Shown here: positions 18,550 to 28,507 of the stretch, in pieces
Layout of the letters: each line of letters begins with the position of its first letter
How positions within the stretch are numbered: the first letter of the stretch is position 1
DNA from: Promethearchaeota archaeon
GTDB lineage: Archaea > Asgardarchaeota > Lokiarchaeia > Sigyniarchaeales > SOKP01
Direction: 5' to 3'
Assembly: GCA_048938855.1 (NCBI GenBank)
Contig: JBHLLT010000002.1
Span: 396,780-460,779, forward strand
Length of the DNA: 64,000 nt
The notes under the pieces: model-generated
What the model saw: only the letters and a program-made list of their open reading frames with translations
Databases searched by the model: none
Told to the model about the DNA's origin: nothing
Made by a program: the position numbers and the translations under genes

Positions 18550-19773
18550 GTGTCTTGGAACGTTTATCTCAAGATCCGATATTGGATATGAGTAGCAAGG
18601 ATGGAAATAATTAAATTTCTTATCTGCAGCCTTTCTCCAATCACTAATTGGACTTATATATATATTTCCTGATATGAGAAGAGAACGACAGAATCCACAT
18701 TCACCAGATCGACATTTTGATGGAGGGGCAAGATTTGCTCTTTCCATCGCAACAAGAATTGATTCAGTAGCATTTGCAGGGATTTCTTGTATTTTATCTC
18801 CAATTTGAACTTTAATTCTAAATGTTTTTTCAGCCAATTCTTTGGGATATCCAGAATAACTAATAATATCTTTTATTTCACCAAATGCCTCTCTACGAAT
18901 TCGTTTTCTAGATACATCAAATCTCTTCAATTCTTTTTCTACAAACTCATACATTACTTGGGGGCCACAGATGAAAACCGTACTATTCTTTACATCACAA
19001 TATTTTTCAATAATATCACCAGTTATAAAACCAGATTCGCACCCTTTTAAAGAAACTACTTCACAACTTAGTATATGAATTATTTTTATTTTATCAGGGT
19101 ATTCCTCCATGAGCTTATTAAACTCCTCATAAAAGATAATATCATCTTCTTCACTACTGCCATAGAAAATAGTTAAATTAGCATCTATTTTACCTTCTAT
19201 AATTGATTTAGCGATTGAACGAAAAGGTGTTATGCCAGAGCCTCCTGCAATCCCTATTACATTCTTTAAGTCTCGCAATGGCTCAAAATAAAAGAAACCT
19301 TCAGGTCCTGAACTTAAAACTTTTGTTCCAACTTTCCAATTATCCCAAATATGACTTGTTAAAAATCCTTGTTCTTCTTTTCTGATTGTTATTTCATAAA
19401 ACCCTTCTAATACTTCCGACGGTGAGGAGGATATTGAATATGGTCTTGTGATTTCTACACCATTTACATTAACTTTTAAACTTAAATATTGTCCCGCTCT
19501 GAAATAAGCTAGACTCCTTGTGATTGAATTTGGATCTGGAACCAATTTAAAAGTTTTTGCTGATTTTGTTTCGTCTATTATATCACTTATAATCAAGTAT
19601 TGTCTTTCTGGATGCAATGCTTTAGCAAGCGTGTTTATAGCATCTGATTCTATTGGCTCATTGGAAGCATTTTCTATTCTTTTCTTTCTATTAGGTACGA
19701 GTTTCATAAAGTTATATAGATCTTTTGTATTACTCTTTACAGTAATATTAAATTTTTTTTTATCTTCCGTCAT
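18544..19773 (-). CDS. FNR-like FAD/NAD(P) oxidoreductase with C-terminal 2Fe-2S ferredoxin
   Basis: RPYSISS, AGGSGITP, ICGP, CRSGECGFC...C. Confidence 0.9.
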   Translation of the reverse strand: MTEDKKKFNITVKSNTKDLYNFMKLVPNRKKRIENASNEPIESDAINTLAKALHPERQYLIISDIIDETKSAKTFKLVPDPNSITRSLAYFRAGQYLSLKVNVNGVEITRPYSISSSPSEVLEGFYEITIRKEEQGFLTSHIWDNWKVGTKVLSSGPEGFFYFEPLRDLKNVIGIAGGSGITPFRSIAKSIIEGKIDANLTIFYGSSEEDDIIFYEEFNKLMEEYPDKIKIIHILSCEVVSLKGCESGFITGDIIEKYCDVKNSTVFICGPQVMYEFVEKELKRFDVSRKRIRREAFGEIKDIISYSGYPKELAEKTFRIKVQIGDKIQEIPANATESILVAMERANLAPPSKCRSGECGFCRSLLISGNIYISPISDWRKAADKKFNYFHPCYSYPISDLEINVPRHL

Positions 19774-21325
19774 TTTGAACCCTCACCTTTATACTTAATT
19801 CATTTAAAACAAATAATGCAGCAATTTCACCATCTTTTAATGCACTACTATATCCATGACATCGTCTCCCAAAACCTCCTGCGAATTCTAAACCTTTTAT
19901 ATAATTATGATCTCCCATCATCATTAATCGAGGTACTAAGGAGTCCCAAGATTCTGGTTCATATCCATATATTATTCCATTATATGAACGTGTAAATCTT
20001 GCAAATGTTTCAGGTGTTGCAATTTCAATTTCCTCAATATGTTCTCTGATAGAAATATCCAAAGCATTTTCAAAATCAGTTATAAGCCCATCAGCAATTC
20101 TATTTTTTGCTTCTACATAATCTTCTGGTTTCACATCCTTCCATGCTTCTGGCTTAAATAACGTAGTAATGTATAGGATTGATGTTCCTGGAGGTGAACA
20201 ATCTGGGATTGCAACATTCAAACAAACAGTTGCTTGACCTTTTGGTACTCCTAATTTATTCCACTGATCATAGAGATTTACTGTATCCATATCATCCATA
20301 ATGAAATAACTATACTCATTTATCCCTAATTCTTCAACAGATGCGTCAAGTCCTAAATAAACCACAAAAGCAGAAAGTCCATGAATTCTAGAGTTTACTT
20401 CTTTATAAGCAATTTCCGGGACTTCAGATTTAGGATATATTAAATTATTATATACTAATGTTTGTGAAGCATTAGAAATTACTTGGTTTGTTTTGATTTT
20501 ATCTCCATTTGAAGTTTCTACTCCTATAACTTTACCATTTTCTACAAGAATTTTCTCAACTCGAGTATTATACATGATTTCTCCTCCCAATTCTCTAATT
20601 CTTTTATCAAGAGCTACAGTAAATTCAGTAGAACGGTATTTTGGAATATATGCACCCCTCTTTATGTAAGTGTTAATCATGGCAACAAATAAAGTAAAAT
20701 TTATCCTACTTATAGGAAGACCTAAATATGCCCAATATGCATTTAAAATATCTCGAGCTTTTTTTGGTATACCTAATGCTTCTTCTACTTCTAATGCAGA
20801 ATAAGATGCAGTTCTAAGGAAATTAGAATGTTCCTTAATTAATAATTTCTCATCTGGATTACCCCTTGATTTTCCAATATATGCGAAAGCAGTGGAAATA
20901 TCTTCACCAAGCTTGAAAAAATTCTCTACAGATTCTCTGCAACCTGGAACTTGTTTTTCAATCTCATCTAAAAAATTCTCTATTCCAAAAGGCATTATCA
21001 CATCAAGATCTTTTGTAATAATTCTATATGCTTCAGGAACTTCTAAAAATTCAGCATCAATTCCAAGTTTATCAAATAGAACTCTTATGGCTCCAGGGTT
21101 TGAAACTGAGCCAAAATCCGCCATTTCATGTAAAGAAGTTTCAAATTCAAATCTTCCTCTAACAAAACTTGAAGCAAAACCACCAGGCAAGTTATGTTGT
21201 TCAATTAATAATACCTTAATGCCTGCTAATGCCAATCTTGCAGCTGCAACAAGTCCACCATTTCCAGCACCTATGATTACTACTTTATAATCTTCATTTT
21301 CTTGTTCATTCATATTTAAAACCAA
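19760..21325 (-). CDS. Phytoene desaturase (CrtI)/retinol saturase-like FAD oxidoreductase
   Basis: IIGAGNGG, EQHNLPGG, FETSLH, TPETFARF..S.NG.IYG; overlaps the downstream reductase. Confidence 0.85.
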   Translation of the reverse strand: MVLNMNEQENEDYKVVIIGAGNGGLVAAARLALAGIKVLLIEQHNLPGGFASSFVRGRFEFETSLHEMADFGSVSNPGAIRVLFDKLGIDAEFLEVPEAYRIITKDLDVIMPFGIENFLDEIEKQVPGCRESVENFFKLGEDISTAFAYIGKSRGNPDEKLLIKEHSNFLRTASYSALEVEEALGIPKKARDILNAYWAYLGLPISRINFTLFVAMINTYIKRGAYIPKYRSTEFTVALDKRIRELGGEIMYNTRVEKILVENGKVIGVETSNGDKIKTNQVISNASQTLVYNNLIYPKSEVPEIAYKEVNSRIHGLSAFVVYLGLDASVEELGINEYSYFIMDDMDTVNLYDQWNKLGVPKGQATVCLNVAIPDCSPPGTSILYITTLFKPEAWKDVKPEDYVEAKNRIADGLITDFENALDISIREHIEEIEIATPETFARFTRSYNGIIYGYEPESWDSLVPRLMMMGDHNYIKGLEFAGGFGRRCHGYSSALKDGEIAALFVLNELSIKVRVQNDGR

Positions 21326-21447
21326 GTTTTCAAATTAAAATTAAGATAATTAATAATAATTTAAATTGGTTGGAATTTAAGAATTTTAACTAGATTAATG
21401 TAAATCTAACTAAATGATAAAAATTAGGATTTTTTTTCTAATACTTA

Positions 21448-22452
21448 TTAGACAAGATTATTGATTATAATTTCGGAAATATCACCACTATATTCTGAAG
21501 TACGTCTAATACTTTCAATTATATATCCTACTGCAATTGACACTTCAGCTTTACCAATTGTAGTTAAATTTACTTTTTCAGTAGCTGCAATTAATTCTTT
21601 AATATCTTCAATATTTTCATTTGCGAGAACTAAACTCTTTTGAAGCCATGCATCTAAACTTTTATTCAACAACTCTAATGATAATTTACTTAAAGATTTA
21701 AGTTGCCCTTTCAAACTATCATCCACTTGATGGTTAATAAGGATTAAAACATTTTTCGCAATTTTTGAGGCATGATCTCCTATTCGTTCTAAGAACCTTG
21801 ACATTTGTTGATAATGACTCGCTTGTTCTAAGGTAATTCCCATTTTTTGACATAAAATAATATCTCTTAATACAATGTGGGACTGGCGACCGATTAGCCA
21901 ATGTAATCTGTCAACATCATTATCCCTTTTGATGATTTCATCTGCTAATTCACTATTTTCTGTCTCAAGAGCAACGATTGAATCTTCATGCATACCTTGT
22001 ACAAGTATATACATTCTTTTTATAGTTTTCTCAAAAGGCATTTCTTTTGGATTCAGAAGATCTTTGATTACAATGATGTTATTGGATTCTTCTACAATTT
22101 CAGGGCCAATGGCTATTTGTGTAAAATTAGTAATTGTCTCCCTGATTATTGGTTCGAATTTTCTGCTAGATTTTATAACAATTCTAGAAAATCCCATTAT
22201 ATACGCTCCAATTAAAACTCGAAAAAGAAAATTTTCATCTCCATAATCATCTACAATAATTTCCTTGGTTTTAATCGTTGTTTCATTATCAATTTGGGGT
22301 GTAATTAATAGATTACCATCAGGCTGGGAGAGGATCCCCAAAGTATCATTCTTTTCAACGCCATGTTTATCTATCCACACTTTGGGCAAAGATATTATAT
22401 AAGAACTGCCCCCTGTTTTCTGGACTTTTCTAGTTTCAATATGAAAACTCAT
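21448..22452 (-). CDS. phoU: Phosphate uptake regulator, AbrB-PhoU fusion
   Basis: RKVQKTGGSSYIISLPK (AbrB) plus DNDVDRL and LERIGDHA PhoU motifs. Confidence 0.92.
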   Translation of the reverse strand: MSFHIETRKVQKTGGSSYIISLPKVWIDKHGVEKNDTLGILSQPDGNLLITPQIDNETTIKTKEIIVDDYGDENFLFRVLIGAYIMGFSRIVIKSSRKFEPIIRETITNFTQIAIGPEIVEESNNIIVIKDLLNPKEMPFEKTIKRMYILVQGMHEDSIVALETENSELADEIIKRDNDVDRLHWLIGRQSHIVLRDIILCQKMGITLEQASHYQQMSRFLERIGDHASKIAKNVLILINHQVDDSLKGQLKSLSKLSLELLNKSLDAWLQKSLVLANENIEDIKELIAATEKVNLTTIGKAEVSIAVGYIIESIRRTSEYSGDISEIIINNLV

Positions 22453-22495
22453 TTTTATACCCTCTTAATTAATCTAAATTAGTTCAGGATAATTT

Positions 22496-22776
22496 TTCTA
22501 TATAGAATAAAAAATATCATTATTAACTCAATTTAGTTATATAGAATAAATAATAGGATTATTTTATACATAAACTATATACTATATATACTTTCTATAT
22601 TCTATATATATAACAATATTACATTGATTATAAATCTTTACAATAGAGTATAATCATTTCAGTATCCTCTATATAGTTTGATATTTTTATTAAAAAACAA
22701 CAAGATAATTAATGTGATAATTATACCCATTTGCCTTTGCGATGATAAATATAGTCTATCTCTATAGAATATATAG
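22496..22776. promoter_or_regulatory. Cluster of CTATAT(A/AG) repeats upstream of phoU, candidate Pho-box
   Basis: Palindrome TTCTATATAGAA at 22496-22507; CTATAT at 22575, 22582, 22595, 22602; CTATATAG at 22669. Confidence 0.5.
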
Positions 22777-23159
22777 TGTAAATAACTCCACATATATTAT
22801 GGCGAGATTCCTCATATATAATAAGTAAATCCTTTGCATAATCAAATTTAGACAGAAGTTTTAGTATTATAGTAAAAGGGTTTAAAATGCGAGAACTACC
22901 AATAATATATATTTTAGCAATTACCTTAGTTGGAACGATGAGCAGATCACGTCTGTAAAATAGCTGAGAAAGTTTATTATATAGTGAAGGAGATGCATAA
23001 AGAAATTAGTTAAGATTACCTTAATTAATATTTAGTACGTTAAATTTATGCGAATTAGGAAAATAATCATATATTTCTTATAAAAGTTTAAAAAAGACTT
23101 TATAAATAATAATTAAACAATAAAATTAAACACTAATCAGAAAATTTGAGGGGATTTTT

Positions 23160-23792
23160 ATGGACTCATATGAAAAATTACCTGATAGAGAAATTAAACC
23201 TGGAGGTCAAATGTCGGATAAGTTTTTACAGCTAGGAATCAAAACTTTCAAGGAGGCTTGTGAATATGTGCATAATGAAGAATATGGTTATAATACTAAT
23301 TACGATGATAGATTGATTTTTTTTAAGGAAAATAAAGGAACTTGTACTACTAAACATGCTGTAATTGCAGGATTAGCTGAAGAACTCGAAATACCGCTTT
23401 ACAAACATGTTGGAGTCTATAGATTTACAGAAAGAACCTCGACTGGAACAGATGGAATTATGAGAAAATACAAGGTTCCTTATATACCAATGGTACACTG
23501 TTTTTTGGTATATAAAGATTTTAAATTTGATCTAACAGAGGATAATTGTCATGGCAAAAATACCAATATAGAGGAATTTATTCACGAGGAGCAAGTTGAA
23601 CCCTTCATTAGCAGAAAAGATGAATATTTACTTCTTAAAAAAGTGATAAAGGAAAAAATTTTACCATCTAAGGAAATGGATGGGATTAAGGAAAGATCAC
23701 TATTAAAAGCAAGAGAAGAAGCAATTATACTTTTAAAAGAAAATATTGAACGGCAAAAGAAGTCAAAATTAGCTATCAACTCAGCAATTTAA
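23160..23792 (+). CDS. Conserved hypothetical protein, possibly transglutaminase-like fold
   Basis: GTCTTKHA (Cys), HCFL (His) and FDLT (Asp) arranged like a Cys-His-Asp triad. Confidence 0.7.
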   Translation: MDSYEKLPDREIKPGGQMSDKFLQLGIKTFKEACEYVHNEEYGYNTNYDDRLIFFKENKGTCTTKHAVIAGLAEELEIPLYKHVGVYRFTERTSTGTDGIMRKYKVPYIPMVHCFLVYKDFKFDLTEDNCHGKNTNIEEFIHEEQVEPFISRKDEYLLLKKVIKEKILPSKEMDGIKERSLLKAREEAIILLKENIERQKKSKLAINSAI

Positions 23793-24478
23793 GTAGTCTC
23801 TGAACTTGTTAATAAAACCATAATATAATCAGCTACTGATTCAATTGCATCTGAAATTGCTTCAATAATGTTCATAGTCATTCCAACTGTAAAGATTGTA
23901 AAAGTATTAACCTTATAATCAGTTTGTTGCAAACTTTTTCTTAGCTTAATGTTAAGAACATCAACTTGATGCTCAAGGTTATTAATTTTAGTCGCGATTT
24001 CTTTAACTTGAGCTCTGTTTCCTAATAAATCAATTAAAATTTTATCTAAATATTCAACACATACTACAGATTTATTCATCATTTCACTTATTAGACTGAC
24101 AGTTTCTTCACTACTTTGTTCCCAAAATGTATTTGGAATCGTATCTATTCGTCGAGCCACACCAGTTGCACAGTTTGCAACATCATCCATTCTCTTAACC
24201 AAATGTGATAAATCAGTACGTACACTAGGATTCAATTCTCCTCTTGAAACATCCTTCATGATCTCTCTCCTCATAGTATCCGCTTCTCTTTCAAAAGCAT
24301 CGACCATCAGAAAAATGTCATGGGAATTTTCAACTTTTTTAGTTTTTAAGAGAAGTTGTACTCCTTCATCTAGTTTCTTTACGCATTTTTGAACTTGTTG
24401 AGCATGTTTTATGGATTTTTCTAATACACTTTCAGCTGTTCTTCGTTTCACAAATTCAATCAAGGACCCCATATTCAT
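23789..24478 (-). CDS. DUF47 (PhoU-like) phosphate transport regulator
   Basis: EREADTMRR, MDDVAN, LEHQVD, EAISDAIESVAD; adjacent to Pit. Confidence 0.88.
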   Translation of the reverse strand: MNMGSLIEFVKRRTAESVLEKSIKHAQQVQKCVKKLDEGVQLLLKTKKVENSHDIFLMVDAFEREADTMRREIMKDVSRGELNPSVRTDLSHLVKRMDDVANCATGVARRIDTIPNTFWEQSSEETVSLISEMMNKSVVCVEYLDKILIDLLGNRAQVKEIATKINNLEHQVDVLNIKLRKSLQQTDYKVNTFTIFTVGMTMNIIEAISDAIESVADYIMVLLTSSETT

Positions 24479-24555
24479 CCTATAAGATTATTGTTTAGTA
24501 AGTATATACAATTTATCTATGATATGACTATATAAATGACTCTGGTATAAATATT

Positions 24556-25617
24556 TTAGGGTAATCCAAAAGAAATGAATCCATAATAGATAAACCCTGC
24601 TAAAAAAGCAGCAATAGGAAATGTTAGAAACCAAAATATTGCCATCTTCCCCAATGCTTTTAAATCTACTTCTTTTTTTTGTGCTACACTTAATCCTATT
24701 ATAGAAAATACAATCACATGACTATGAGATATTGGTAATCCAAATATTGTAGCAACCATTAAAATTATTGCTGAACTTGTTTGTAGAATGATGCCTTCAC
24801 TGGGTCGAGTGTCAATCATTTGGGAAGCCAAATTTTTAATAACATAACGAGCAGCTATATATATTCCTAAACCTGAAAAAACTCCACATATTATAGCAAA
24901 GAATAAATACTGACTTATATTTAAAGATCCACTATTAAATAATCCATAAAGAATCCCTAATGCTTCCCCAGAATTAGCACCAACCCATATTTCAGCAAAT
25001 ATAACGGCAACCAATAAGATCCATTTGAAATATCGTTCAGATTTCTCTATTTGATTTAAACCTTTTAAACGAGAAAGATAAAATTTAGCAATTACCTTGA
25101 ATAGAATATATGTTACAACAAGACCAAAAATAGGAGATAAAAACCAGCTTAAAACAACATTTCCTAATTTTGTCCAATTTAAAGCAGTTTCAGGGTTTAT
25201 TGTGCCTTGAACTAATGCATATGTTATTAATACACCAAATATACTTCCAATTAATGAATGAGTACTACTTAAAGGAATTCCTGCAAAACTTCCAATCACC
25301 AACCAAATTATACTGCTAATTAGAACAGTTAATAACATAAACGTTGTATATGTTATACCTTCCCCCAAAATATCAGCTCCTACGGTTTTAGCTACAAATC
25401 CACTACTAAAAAAAATCATACCAGCACCAATTGCTAAACCACCAATTATTAAGGCAATTTTAAATTTGAGAACTCCTGCCCCCACTAATGCAGAAAGAGT
25501 TTCATCATTGGCTCCAATTGAAAAAGCAAGAGATATTGCCATTATTATTAAAACTATAACTAAAATTGAAGTTAAATCTGCAGCCATAATAACTCTTAAT
25601 TTTAAATTCTTAATCAA
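24556..25617 (-). CDS. pit: PiT-family inorganic phosphate transporter (divergent); start may be 25587
   Basis: GAND, PLSSTHS, GANS and GLPISHSH repeats; multiple TMs. Confidence 0.88.
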   Translation of the reverse strand: MIKNLKLRVIMAADLTSILVIVLIIMAISLAFSIGANDETLSALVGAGVLKFKIALIIGGLAIGAGMIFFSSGFVAKTVGADILGEGITYTTFMLLTVLISSIIWLVIGSFAGIPLSSTHSLIGSIFGVLITYALVQGTINPETALNWTKLGNVVLSWFLSPIFGLVVTYILFKVIAKFYLSRLKGLNQIEKSERYFKWILLVAVIFAEIWVGANSGEALGILYGLFNSGSLNISQYLFFAIICGVFSGLGIYIAARYVIKNLASQMIDTRPSEGIILQTSSAIILMVATIFGLPISHSHVIVFSIIGLSVAQKKEVDLKALGKMAIFWFLTFPIAAFLAGFIYYGFISFGLP

Positions 25618-26287
25618 AAATTAGATATTTAATAGCAAGAAATTGTATGTATTCAGAGAAATTTTTAATGTGGTCTGCTAGCATCATTACAGTTTCTATC
25701 AATTCTTTGAGATATAAGAAAGTTCTTGACAAGTAATCCATTTCATAATTATATAAACGATTGATTAATTTCCATTCTTTTTTTCTCATCGTTCTTCTTT
25801 CCTCCTTTATATCTTCACATATATTATGTGCTTTCTTAAGATCAGTTCCAATTGATTTCACTGCTTCGCATATTCCATTAGAAATTGTTTTTAAAGATGA
25901 AAGAATATCTAACATTTGTAGTTTAAATGCATCATCCGGAAAGACTACCCTATAGAGGAGCATTTTATTAGCTAAGAATTCCCCTATATTTTTTATATCA
26001 TTAATTTTATTGAATAATTTTAATCTATCTGCTTTAGAAAACATCAATTTTGACTTAAAAATCTTTGATTCAAATACTTTCTTGATATGAACTTCTGTAT
26101 TCGTTTTAATGACATATTTCATATTTTCCATAAATTTCTCGAAATTTTCCTCAACTAGAAATTCAATTCCTTCAATTAACTTTAAAGTTTGGCTATTAAT
26201 GTTTTCCGAGAATAAATGAGTTAATTCATCGATACTTAATTTTACCAGCTTTTTTTCATCTAGTTCGTTAATATCGAGATCTTCCAT
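25610..26287 (-). CDS. Divergent DUF47/PhoU-like helical protein
   Basis: ADRLKL...INDI and LADHIKNFSEYI resemble the DUF47 repeats; immediately upstream of pit. Confidence 0.7.
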   Translation of the reverse strand: MEDLDINELDEKKLVKLSIDELTHLFSENINSQTLKLIEGIEFLVEENFEKFMENMKYVIKTNTEVHIKKVFESKIFKSKLMFSKADRLKLFNKINDIKNIGEFLANKMLLYRVVFPDDAFKLQMLDILSSLKTISNGICEAVKSIGTDLKKAHNICEDIKEERRTMRKKEWKLINRLYNYEMDYLSRTFLYLKELIETVMMLADHIKNFSEYIQFLAIKYLIFD

Positions 26288-26538
26288 CTTTATTCAAAAA
26301 TATTTATAATTAATTTTTATAGAGATTTGTTTTAAATCTCTAATTTGTTATATTTGATTTATTAAATTTATAGTTTCATTATTAGGCTCTGGATATTTAT
26401 AATTAATTTTTATTAAATAAATAGAATTTAAACGCTATTAATAGTAAGAACAAAATTTTTAATGGGATATAAATAATACTTTCTATATAAATACTCTTTA
26501 TAAATGAATCTAGAAATTAAAATGCTAATTTCCAGAAC

Positions 26539-27225
26539 TTATTTTAATCTTTTTGCTAGAGTTAACATTATAATATAATCCGCTACATCTTCAGCATTAT
26601 CACTAATTGCTTCCATCGTTGATATACAATTATAAATTACTATGGCACTGAAAGGATTTATTTGAAGATGATTTGATACTAGCATTCTACTTATTGTGTA
26701 ATGTTTTTCATCACATTGATGTTCTAATTTATTAACTTCTTCCCCTAAACTTTGAATATTTGTATCTTTTGCCTTCAACAATTGATCTACCATTAGATTT
26801 ATTTTTTTAATAGCCTCTACCGTAATTCTTGAAATATCTAAAATATTCTTGTGAATATCCTCTCCTAAATTTAAAAAATCCATATGATTCATAGAGATGA
26901 GTATTCTTGCGCTAGCATTAGCTGCATTTGCAATGTCATCAATTCTCTTAACAAGGTTCATTAAATTTTCTCGAATTTTGGATGGTAATTTTGCCTGTGA
27001 TAACATATTCAGAATATTTCTACGAATGCCATCTGCTTGGTGTTCTAATTCATCAACTCGGAAAAAAACTTTTAATGCAAGGTCAATATTTTTTTCCTCA
27101 AGAAAAAACGATAAACCTTTATCAAATTCAACTATACATTCAAGTACTTTTTGAGTATGAATTAAGGTTAAATTCATTGCGTTTTCTTCATTACGAGATT
27201 TAAACCAGTCCATTAAAGAACTCAT
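26539..27225 (-). CDS. DUF47 (PhoU-like) phosphate transport regulator
   Basis: LEHQADGIRR, IDDIAN, LEHQCD, EAISDNAEDVAD. Confidence 0.9.
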   Translation of the reverse strand: MSSLMDWFKSRNEENAMNLTLIHTQKVLECIVEFDKGLSFFLEEKNIDLALKVFFRVDELEHQADGIRRNILNMLSQAKLPSKIRENLMNLVKRIDDIANAANASARILISMNHMDFLNLGEDIHKNILDISRITVEAIKKINLMVDQLLKAKDTNIQSLGEEVNKLEHQCDEKHYTISRMLVSNHLQINPFSAIVIYNCISTMEAISDNAEDVADYIIMLTLAKRLK

Positions 27226-27272
27226 AAATTATTCCTCATTTTTTTTCTTAATATAAATGTTATTATTTATTT

Positions 27273-28496
27273 TTATTCTAATTTTAATACTTCTTTTATA
27301 ATTTCATCACCAGGATACTTGAAAATTATTCCTAATTCCTTTGGAAAATATACAGTTACTATAGAATTCTCTAAAAATGATTCATGTATTTCAAAAGTAG
27401 CGGGTCTGGTGACTATAATGAGCTTATCTTTATGATTTACTTCCACTAATATTTCGAATCGGTAAAATACTCCCATAAATTTACGACGGAGTATTTTTCC
27501 TAATATTGCATTTCTCTTTTCTTTAACACGATTACCAAGTCGAATTTTCATATGATTAGCTCGAACAACTAGTAATATTTTATCATCATGCTGGATTTCA
27601 TTATATAATGATTTTTCCAAATAGCCGGCAAATTTATCCTCAAGACCGATGTCTATTAAAATTGGTATTGAATCTTCTTGAAGTTTATTAAAGAGTTTAT
27701 CACCTTGTTTTGATTTACTGTAAATATCCCATTTAGGTTCTTCATTTTTAATAGAAATTCCATCAAAATAATTAATTTCGCTCAGAAAATTAGCTGCAAA
27801 AAGATTAATAGGATGATAATAAATTTCATGGGGTGTCCCAACCTGAACAAGTCTACCTTGGTTAATCACTGCTATTCTATCAGCAGCCATCATTGCTTCT
27901 TCTTCATCATTCGTGACATGAATAACTGTTAAGCTTAATTCTTTTGATTTTGCCATAAGGAGCAATTCTCTTCGAAGACTCATTCTAAGTCCAGCATCAA
28001 GAGCTTTTAATGGCTCATCTAATATCAATAACTTTGTCTGTTCTAAATTTAGCAAGGATCGGCACAAAGCGACTCTTTGTTTCATTCCGCCACTTAATTG
28101 ATCTGGAAAAGCATCATTTCTTCCTGTTAAGAGAGTCATCATTAAGACTTGATCAACTAGAGTTTGAGTAATTTGAGGATCCCTCGCATTTACCCTACCA
28201 CTGTAAGAAATATTATCAACAATATTCATATGAGGAAATAATGCATAGTTTTCAAACATGAAACCTATGTTTCGTTCCCCTGATGTTTTTTTGGTAACAT
28301 CTTGTCCATCAAAAAATATTGTTCCAGAATCAGAGTTAATAAGTCCTGCAATAATTTTAAGTAATGTAGTTTTACCTGCTCCCGTAGGGCCTAAAATAAT
28401 AAAATATTCATTATCTTTAATTTCCAAGGAAATATCATCTAAAGCAGTGAAATTTCTAAATTTCTTTGAAATATTAGTTAACTTTATATCTACCAC
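27273..28496 (-). CDS. ABC importer ATPase (PotA/CysA/MalK-like), H-loop His replaced by Asn
   Basis: GPTGAGKT, LSGGMKQR, LILDEP, HVTND; C-terminal TOBE-like region. Confidence 0.9.
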   Translation of the reverse strand: MVDIKLTNISKKFRNFTALDDISLEIKDNEYFIILGPTGAGKTTLLKIIAGLINSDSGTIFFDGQDVTKKTSGERNIGFMFENYALFPHMNIVDNISYSGRVNARDPQITQTLVDQVLMMTLLTGRNDAFPDQLSGGMKQRVALCRSLLNLEQTKLLILDEPLKALDAGLRMSLRRELLLMAKSKELSLTVIHVTNDEEEAMMAADRIAVINQGRLVQVGTPHEIYYHPINLFAANFLSEINYFDGISIKNEEPKWDIYSKSKQGDKLFNKLQEDSIPILIDIGLEDKFAGYLEKSLYNEIQHDDKILLVVRANHMKIRLGNRVKEKRNAILGKILRRKFMGVFYRFEILVEVNHKDKLIIVTRPATFEIHESFLENSIVTVYFPKELGIIFKYPGDEIIKEVLKLE

Positions 28497-28507
28497 TAGT
28501 CTTTCAC

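Noticed and set aside
22944-22978. Possible C/D box sRNA (ACGATGA...CTGA) and overlapping 23-aa ORF
   Set aside because: Box C is imperfect, the spacing is too short, no D'/C' boxes are seen and the ORF has no support.
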